In this document: positions 32,640 through 40,788 of the stretch, piece by piece
Layout: the number at the start of each line of letters is the position of its first letter
Numbering within the stretch: position 1 is the first letter of the stretch
Assembly: GCF_001194135.2 (NCBI RefSeq)
Contig: NC_068988.1
Location: 42,943 to 83,730 of the forward strand
Source: Octopus bimaculoides
Lineage: Eukaryota
Reading direction: 5' to 3'
Length of the DNA stretch: 40,788 nucleotides
The notes under the pieces: generated by a model
Seen by the model: the letters and a program-made list of their open reading frames with translations, nothing else
Told to the model about the DNA's origin: nothing
Database searches by the model: none
Position numbers and translations under genes: made by a program

Positions 32640-33670
32640 ATACCAAGATGTTAGTGTGTAAAAGAACAGAAATCAACGTCAGTTCAGAGCAGAACGACAA
32701 ATTAAGTGGAAGAATGTTTATCGACAGGAAGAACCACTTACTCTACTGCTCCGTGCCAAAGATTGGTTCCACTTTCATGAAACGTCTTTTATTAATTCTC
32801 AGCGGCAAAATGAAAAAAAGTTCTATTGTTGAAATTAAAACGAAATTGGCTCATAAGATAAGATTAGAAAATGTGAATATCTTAGACATAAATTCAGCTT
32901 CCATCAATGGTTGTTTCGCTAACTTCTATAAACTTTTGGTTGTTAGAAATCCATATGAGAGGTTATATTCGGCTTACCTGGACAAGTTCGTGAGACCAAA
33001 CGGTTTATATTATAAACTTGGTAAAAAAATCATTAAAATGTTTCGAAGCAATCCATCATCTCAAAGTTTATCATGTGGAGACGATGTAACGTTTCCGGAA
33101 TTTATAAAATATTTCATTTATTCTTTGCAAACCGGAAATCTAACTGACCCTCATTTCATACCAATACACATGCTCTGTCAGCCCTGTCTTTTTGATTATA
33201 AAGTCATAAGACTTGAAGATATTTCTGTGGAACTACCAAAATTTTTACATTCTATAGGAATAAACTTTATATCACCAAGTGATTATTTAAAAGAAACAAG
33301 ATTACTCGACGAAGCTAAACACATAGAATATTTATTTGAAAGAAACAGTCCCCTAGTTAAAAACTGTCTATCGTCTACAGAGGTACTGAGACGACTGTGG
33401 AAGAGAGATCAAATTAGGGGTTTTATAAAAACGAACTACTCTTTCCCTTTAGAAGACATATTACTTCCTCATCTGCCAAAGACACAGATATTCAAAATGT
33501 TTTTCTCTTACTACCAAATGTCTTATCGGAAAGACAGAAGGGCTAGCTATCGAACTGCTATGCTCGCAGCGTATTCACAATTGTCTCCAAGGGATTTTCA
33601 ACTCACTCAACAATATTTAGAGACGGACTGCAAATTATTTGGTTATAAATCATTACAAATGGAATATTAG
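32640..33670 (+). CDS. Carbohydrate sulfotransferase (Sulfotransfer_2 / CHST8-14 family, CHST11-like), catalytic last coding exon
   Basis: Intact 340-aa ORF. It has the 5'-PSB motif LLYCSVPKIGSTFMKR, the 3'-PB motif VRNPYERLYSAYLDKF, HFIPIHMLCQPCLFDY and C-terminal ETDCKLFGY. The splice acceptor cccgtcctgttattttcag ends at 32639, making this a phase-1 exon. Orthology within the family cannot be resolved by eye. Confidence 0.93.
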
Positions 33671-33959
33671 AAGCTGATATTTGCTGAAATTATGATAGAA
33701 CAGAAGGTATGTTTCTTTATAATTTCTAAACACATATTTTCAACATAAGTTTAAGGGAATATAAGTGCCGTATTGTAAATGGTAACATGGTTTCTCTGTT
33801 TCAGACTGTCTCCACTGTTGCTTTGAATGGTTACCCTTCCTTCCCATTGAGAAACTTTCGCGAATGTATCAAACCATTTCTAAGCCGCTGATTGAAGACA
33901 AGATCGTCATGTTTTTTCAGAAACACATGGCATGTGATAACCTCTACATCATGGCACCA

Positions 33960-34155
33960 CTGAAAAGGCACCCGTGTCGGTGACACGTGAAAGACCCCTA
34001 GTACACTCTGTAAAATGACTAGCGTTAGGAAGGGCATCCAGCCGTTGAAACCAAGCCAAGACAAACAACTGGAGCCTGATGCAGCTCTCCAGCTCCGGTC
34101 AAATTGTCTAACCCATGCCAGCATGGAAAACAGACGTTAAATGATGACAAGGACG
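33960..34155 (+). mobile_element. SINE 3' part with RTE-type tail (family E)
   Basis: gcgttaggaagggcatccagccg..aacccatgccagcatggaaaacagacgttaaatgatga(c/t) tail. Confidence 0.65.
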
Positions 34156-34216
34156 ATGATGATATATTTAATAACGACAAAATCAGTACTAATACCAAAA
34201 GGCAACTTAAATTGAA

Positions 34217-34258
34217 GGTTAGGGTTAGGGTTAGGGTTATGGTTAGGGTTAGGGTTAG
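34217..34258 (+). repeat. Interstitial (TTAGGG)n, about 7 units
   Basis: ggttagggttagggttagggttatggttagggttagggttag. Confidence 0.9.
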
Positions 34259-34345
34259 AACATAGAATGCTGTGCTGTTTACCATAAGAGGATCTCTCAC
34301 AAGGACACGTGGCGCATAAAAGCACTTGTCATTATATCGTTGGCA

Positions 34346-34466
34346 GACGAAAACCGTCTGCTACGGCTACCGGAACTGTCAGATCATGGCATATCTGTTT
34401 GAAAGAAACAGTCTCCTCGTTAAAGACCGTCTCTCGTCTGCAGAGGAACTAAAACGACTGTGGAAA
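34346..34466 (+). pseudogene. Decayed fragment of a paralogous sulfotransferase exon
   Basis: 34392-34466 reads YLFERNSLLVKDRLSSAEELKRLWK versus YLFERNSPLVKNCLSSTEVLRRLWK at 33329-33403 (63/75 nt, 19/25 aa by hand). An upstream DENRLL (vs KETRLL) is in another frame. The fragment is cut off by a SINE at about 34479. Confidence 0.8.
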
Positions 34467-34478
34467 TTATTAAAAGCT

Positions 34479-34935
34479 GCACAGGCGTAACTGTGTGTTT
34501 AAGAAGCTCGAATTGTAACCACGTGGCTTTAGGTTCAATCCCATGCGCGACACCTCGTACAAATTTCTTCGACCATAGACAAATGTCTTCGACCAGTACT
34601 TTGTAGGTGAATTTGGTTGGCGAAAATTCTATGGAAGCCCGTCATATATACGTGTGTGTGTGTGTGTATGTGTGTGTGTATGTGTGTGTGTATATATATC
34701 TTTGTGCTTGTCCGTGCCCCACCATCACTTGATAATCAGGGTTTGTTTGTTTACGTCCATGTAATTTAATGGTTCGGCAAAAGAGACCATCAGAATACAC
34801 ACTAGACTTGAAAAAAAAAGAAAAATGAAAAAAAAGAAAAAGAAAAGAACTGAGGTCGATTTGTTCGACTAAAATCCCTTCAAGGCGGTGCCCCAGCATG
34901 GCCGCAGTCCAACGATTGAAACAAGTAAAAGATGA
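34479..34935 (+). mobile_element. Composite SINE A+(TG/TA)n+C
   Basis: A head at 34479-34645, microsatellite to about 34700, C module to 34935. Confidence 0.7.
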
Positions 34936-35404
34936 AAGATAATTGAATCTAATAGACACCACAACGCTCGCATTAACATCAAGAGATTTAATCGAACTCA
35001 TCGGACATTAGTCGCTGCTGTTCATTCTAAAATCAATTCTGATCAGCCAGAACCAAGAGCATAGGCGCTCCAGACATGACTCTCTCGTTTTTTTTTTTAA
35101 TTAAGAAATTTTTTAAAAATATATATCTACATCACTGTTGTGTAATATGTTTTTTTTTTAAGACAGCAGGGAAGTGATTTGAGTGAGATTTGGTTATTAT
35201 TTCTTACAGGTTAAACAACCACGTAGAAGCTCCTCTGCTGATCGAATTGAAGGAACACAGAAGGAGACAGACTTAACGTTAATGTGTAATCGAAACAGCG
35301 TCATCTGGGGTTGAGGGGAGCTAATTCAGATATCATTTTTAAGAGATGTGCTTTGAAGCGAATAAAGAACGTTATCAGTCACGCATTAAAGAAAGAAAGA
35401 TTAT

Positions 35405-35841
35405 CTTTTATCCTGTTTCAGGGCATCACCTTGAAGGATTTTAGTCAAACGTTACTTATTTGTTAAAGCCTGGTACCTATTCTATCGGTCACTTTCGCCA
35501 AACCGCTATGTTACGGTGACATAAAGACACCAATACCGGTTGTCAAGCGGTGGTGGAGACAAAACAAACACACGCATNNNNNNNNNNNNNNNNNNNNNNN
35601 NNNNNNNNNNNNNNNNNNNNNNNNNNNNNNNNNNNNNNNNNNNNNNNNNNNNNNNNNNNNNNNNNNNNNNNATATATATATATATACGATGGGCTTCTTT
35701 CCGTTACTCTCTACCAAATCCACTCACAAGACATTGGTTGATCCGATGTAAAAGACACTTGCCCAAGGTACCACACAGTGGGACTGAACCTGGAAACATG
35801 TGGTTAGGATTGAACCTTCTTAATACACAGCCACATGTGCA
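35405..35841 (-). mobile_element. Composite SINE A+C with the microsatellite collapsed into an N gap
   Basis: C reversed at 35405-35577, gap at 35578-35671, A reversed to about 35841. Confidence 0.7.
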
Positions 35842-36575
35842 CCCGTTTTGTCCAGAAAAATATTACCAATATTATTTCAGACGGCAAGCGGATTAACTCT
35901 TTCCACAACATTTACTAAAGATGAGTAAGAGACTTAAAAACTTAAAATAGATGGAAAAAGATATTGAAGAGCGATTTGGGATATTTGAGAGATTAGAATT
36001 AAAATGGAAGAGAAAACGAAAGCAAATCCGTATTTACAACAATGTAGTATTTCACTACGAAATAATTTCTTGTCTGTCATTATGAAAAATTCATCTTATA
36101 GTTTTTATCATTGACGACTGCAAGTCAGATTTTAGAACTGACTGTCCGTTGGTAACCATTCCATAAATAAATTCCTGCTGCAAAATCGATGGAGAATTTT
36201 AAAGCACGAAACAAGTTACCATGCCTACAGTTGTTGTTACTGCTGTTGCTGCTGCCGCTGCTGCTGTTGTTATTGCTATTGTAGTTGTTGTTGTTGCTGT
36301 TGTTTAGTATCAAGTCAGTACTGATAGAACAGACCCCATCAAAGGCGTTTCGACAATGCCCATCTCTTCTTTTCTTTCTTTCTTTTCCTTCTGGAGATCC
36401 CGTACATCAATATAAAGATGAGTTCTTTCTGCTAATATGAAAGGGTGTGATATGAGGGCGATTAGGCTGTTATTTCTAACAGGTCCACATTGGTTCGTCC
36501 TATCTATACTTTTAGTGATTGGTGTGTCGATAGTAAATAATTGATAGTTACAAAGGAACTCTTTATATACTAACA

Positions 36576-36927
36576 CTGTTCCTACTGACTACCGCCTTTG
36601 CCGCGAGAAAGACAGCTGGTGAGGCCAACCACTGAATCCCAGCGAAAAGCTTTAAAGGTCTCGATTTTGCAGATGACATCGCAATGACAGCAGAAAACAG
36701 AGCAGATCTGAATGAACTGACAAAGTCACTGCAGCAAAATGAGGAGAAGTTCGGGTTAAGGAACAGCACAACGAGGACGAAAAGTGATGAAGGTAGGCAG
36801 TAATGTGGACCAAGAATCAGCTTCGAACGTCAACTAGTAAAATAAAGAAGTGAACCATTTCACCTATCTAGGCAGTGTTGCAAGTAGTAGGGACGTTGTG
36901 GAACTGGACATAGACTGCAGGATTGGA
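36576..36927 (+). mobile_element. RTE-clade LINE reverse transcriptase fragment
   Basis: KGLDFADDIAMTAENRADLNELTKSLQQNEEKFGLR..TK / VMKVG / KEVNHFTYLGSVASS..ELDIDCRIG, degenerate. Confidence 0.8.
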
Positions 36928-36980
36928 ACAGTGACATGCCAAATCACTCGATAGCCGAGCAGACACCACGATGAGACCGC

Positions 36981-37470
36981 TGTCGTTTCACGTGATCAGC
37001 CAATTAACTGACTTATCAGCATTAAGCCATCTCATAATTCGACTTTCTAGAACTTTCTCATCAAGCCTTATATAAAGGTGGATTTTGTCGGTAATCCCAG
37101 AATGTGTGGCAGCTGCTCGTAGGATATTGGGACAGCCGTTCGATGGCTCCATTCTCTTCCACCACTAGCTAGAAGACACAGAACTTGTTAACACGAATAT
37201 AGCGTGATTATTTTCCAGTTGTGATTGACCAGCCACTGAGTTCTATATCAGTTAAATAGTCGTAGCTCCCAGTAGCATGTCTTCCTCGGTGTGTAATTGT
37301 CGTTGTTAGTTTTCATCAAAGGACCAGTACAGAAACCACTGTGTACTCTAAATAGATATTTTGTCAAATGTTAACGAGCATTGTTAATTACTTCAACACG
37401 CAGTCCTAGAAATGCATTTTCATTTAACAACTCCAAGCCACAACTCGCGACATCTGGTGACACCTGACGC
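36981..37470 (+). mobile_element. Probable 5' LTR plus primer-binding site of an LTR retrotransposon
   Basis: A 472-bp segment bounded by TGTCG (36981) and CGACA (37448-37452) contains TATA-like cttatataaagg. It is followed by tc-TGGTGACACCTGACG, resembling the tRNA-Trp primer-binding site TGGTGACCCCGACG. Confidence 0.55.
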
Positions 37471-37719
37471 AGTCAACAAGCAGCTACCACGACTACCACG
37501 ACTACCACAACACTCGATACAGTTATTGTTTTTCCATCTGGGCGGCCTCAAACATCAGCGCTGATGTGAAATTTTGTCTGAGTAACTTCATCGACCTGCT
37601 TATTGCAATCTATGCCAGAGAAACTTGAAAGGGTAGAAAACTAAATGCATTCCACCAAAGGGGCCTCTGAAAGATCCGACTTTACAAGTGTTCTCTAACT
37701 GTGTTGTATTTTATCGTAC

Positions 37720-38345
37720 GTAAAGGCAGCGACCCGGTTGAATCGTTAGCATGTCAGACAAAATGTTCGTCTTTACGTTCTGAGTTCAAATTCCGTTGAG
37801 ATCGACTTTGTCTTTCATCCTTTCGGGGGTGATATAAGTGCCGCTTAAGTACTGGGGTCGATGTAATCGACTTATCTCTCTTTCGATATTGCTGACCTTG
37901 CGCCAACATCCGAAACCATTACATTCTTTTTTACTCTAGGCACAAGGCCCGAAATTTTGAGGAGGTGTGTGTGTGGGGGGGGGGACCAGTCGATTAGATC
38001 GACTCCAGTATGTAACTAGTACTTAATTTATCGACCCCGAAAGGATGAAAGGCAAAGTCGACCTCGGCGGAATATGAACTCAGAGCATAAAGGCAGACGA
38101 AATACCGCTCAGCATTTCGCCCGACGTGCTAACAGCCATTCTGCCAGCTCGCCGCCTTCCGAAACCATTATATCACATGTGTAAAGGCAGCGGTAGTCCA
38201 TTCGTTTTTACGTTCTGAGTTAAGATTCCACCGAGGTCAACTTTGCCTTTCATCCTTTTGGGGTCGATAAAATAAGTACCAGTTGATCCCTGGCGGGGTC
38301 GATGTAATTGTCTAGACTCCTCCCCCAAATTTTAGGCCTTGTGCC
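37720..38345. mobile_element. Three family D SINEs in +/-/+ arrangement
   Basis: About 37720-37915 (+), 37935-38160 (-) and 38180-38345 (+). Confidence 0.8.
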
Positions 38346-39187
38346 TATAGCAGAAAGAATTATATTCTGTCATATTGTGTCAGTTCTCAAACTGACACAT
38401 ACCAGGCCCTTCAAAAAATAGATTAGAGAGATGTTTGCCCATCACCACCACCGCGGCAGCCACGATTATTCCATCTTTATTAATGAGAAGTCAAAGCAAT
38501 GCTTATATCCATATAATTCTTCATTCTTCGCCATAGTTTGACAAAATGCTTAAAAAAGACATTTTAATTTTATTAAACAGTGATTTGTTCGTCCCGTTTC
38601 CACTCCTCACAAGCCGCCTTTGAGTGTATGGAGGTGGGCTGCCCTCCCTCCTGTCCTCGTGAGAACCATTGCGGTAAGCGATTTGATCTGACTCCATGGT
38701 GTAGTATCTCTCCCCTCCACCACCGGCAAGAAAAGAACAACAAACAAAACAACGTGGAAGAAAGAGTCATTTAAGGCACTCAGGAATAGAATTCAGGATC
38801 TGTTACACTCACATTTGTTTATCTCTTAATGCTACTGTCTGCCTGCACTGACGTATCACAGAAACTGAGATAGAGAGAATTTGTGACAGTGGCCAGATCG
38901 TAGAAATGTGTTGAAAACTATGACAGTTTATATTCGACTATACACATGTGCGCGCGCGCGTCTGTGTCTATGTGTGTCTGCGACTATGTGAATGTAAGAA
39001 CGGAAGCAGGAGAAGAGGCGTATGGTTAACTTTTCTTATCACTTCACGGTAGAGGGGAAGAATGGGGTGATTGACATAAATACAAAAAATCGCTACTTGT
39101 TAAAGTGCATTGTCAAATTCTCTGTACTTTTTTTAATTACAACTTCCGTATCTATGCGTATGTACATAAATATATATGTGTGTGTGT

Positions 39188-39242
<55 letters not shown>

Positions 39243-39262
39243 CATACATACATACATATAAT

Positions 39263-39295
<33 letters not shown>

Positions 39296-40422
39296 TTATG
39301 TATATATATACATATACTCAATATATACATGTACGTATGTATGTTTGTATGTGGGTTTGTGTGTGTGCCATGAGTGACGACAGATAAGCATAGAATCAGA
39401 TGTGAGAAGCGAATGAAGATTTATCATTCCCATACATCATTACAGCTGTTTCATAATCTCCATGCAGTATCATTCACTTGGATGCTTATGTACATACACG
39501 TATCACATGCGCTACTCATGCACATATTATATACAAACATATACACACCACATTATGTAATAGAATTGTATATTCGAATACAGATGCATAATGTAGAAAA
39601 TTACAACTATACTTCAGATCTTGTACTGCACTAGATCTTATGCATCTTGAATTCATCTTTCTTTAATATATACGAACAGGAAATAGTGACATTTTTTAGT
39701 ATTATTTATTCACCATTACACGTGTTGCGTATATATCTGTATATACGTGAGTGTGTTATATATCTATGTATTAACAGATTGACATAGAATCATATTTCTT
39801 AAAGTTTCATGGGATTGAGGAAAACATTCCTAATCGTTCTGATGTTCAGTTCTTACTGACATATTTCTACGCTTCTTATCATTGAATCACGAGTGAAACT
39901 CGATCTCATTGTATATTTTACATCACGTGGAGTACGTTGTACCAGTCGAGTGAAACTGACTGCTACAAGATGGGGCTGGTAGTGGCTGCTGTTGCTTTCG
40001 GGTGCAACTGTAACCGACTAGTGATAAAATCAGTGGCTACTAACTGCTACTAGTTGAGAGAAAACTTCAGCGCACTAGAAAGGACTTATCTCCCTTGTTC
40101 TGAGAGATTTCTGCATAAAGAGTTTCGGTAAAGTTTCAGGGAATAAAAAAAAAATTACGATAGTAAAGACTATAGAATTTAATAACGAGTCATAATTTAG
40201 AATTAAACCTGTTGGGGTCATGCACCAGAGCTGATTTTGGGGGTTGAAATGCACCTGAGTCTTAAAACGAGTTGTAGCTTTTAAATTTCGTAACAAATTT
40301 AATACCGTACCGGTTTCCATAGTTTCTTATTTTTCAATGGTAAATAAAAAAAAAAAAGAGTTTAGGAGAGATTGAAAGTACAAGGGTAAAATTCAGAAAA
40401 ACATGTATTATATATTTATATA

Positions 40423-40788
40423 CTAGCAGCTATGGCCGGTTTCATCCGGTCAGAAAACGACGCGAAGAGAGAAACGAAGACATGAAAAAGAGGAAGAAGT
40501 GGATACGAAGTGGTGTTTGGGTGACGGATCTTGGTAGAAAAAAAAAAAGAATGTCATGGTGAGTTAGTAAGGAGAGCAAAGCAGGACTGGACTTACGTGG
40601 GCTGACAGGACGATGAAAAAATTGCGGAGTTGAAATTAGAGCAGCTGAAGTTGCCGTTGTTATCATTAGAGTGCCTCTTGGTAGACAACATTCTTCGTCC
40701 TTCCCTCGGGTGCACAAATAGAAAGACCATGGGGACAGCCAACGTACAGTTGTGCGTGTGAGAATACTTGCTCTGTCAGATTCAAACC
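40423..40788 (-). mobile_element. Helitron 3' end with RepHel (PIF1-like helicase) C-terminal remnant
   Basis: 40788-40666 reads GLNLTEQVFSHAQLYVGCPHGLSICAPEGRTKNVVYQEAL* (FSHGQLYV..TKNVVY.EAL pattern). A 3' hairpin gaccgg-atgaaa-ccggcc (40434-40451) is followed by terminal CTAG and then T. Confidence 0.85.

Noticed and set aside
1-40788. CRISPR arrays, operons, or prokaryotic defence systems
   Set aside because: The sequence is eukaryotic with spliceosomal introns; its repeats are SINEs and microsatellites, not repeat-spacer arrays.

Overview
AT-rich, microsatellite-dense, gapped animal genomic scaffold. It is probably a coleoid cephalopod (Octopus-like), inferred only from the repeat families I recognise. 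One host gene is supported: a Golgi carbohydrate sulfotransferase (Sulfotransfer_2/CHST8-14 family, CHST11-like) on the + strand. Its catalytic exon is 32640-33670, and a phase-compatible signal-anchor exon lies at 25351-25465 (predicted spliced protein 372 aa). A decayed fragment of a paralogous catalytic exon lies about 0.7 kb downstream. Most of the rest is layered mobile DNA: tRNA-derived SINEs of several families, two R4/Dong-like and two HERO-like restriction-like-endonuclease (RLE) LINE relics, Tx1/L1-like 3' ends, an RTE reverse transcriptase (RT) fragment, two Gypsy-type LTR ends, a Helitron 3' end, a Helentron-like element and MITEs. The most notable observations are a minimal hammerhead-ribozyme fold, Penelope-like inverted repeats with degenerate hammerheads, a Merlin-like MITE family carrying telomeric TTAGGG repeats (one copy splits a HERO LINE with an 8-bp target-site duplication, TSD), and LINEs embedded in specific microsatellites. 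Almost all other ORFs in the supplied track are microsatellite or N-gap artefacts. All family assignments come from motif recall, not database searches, and coordinates of degenerate repeats are approximate.
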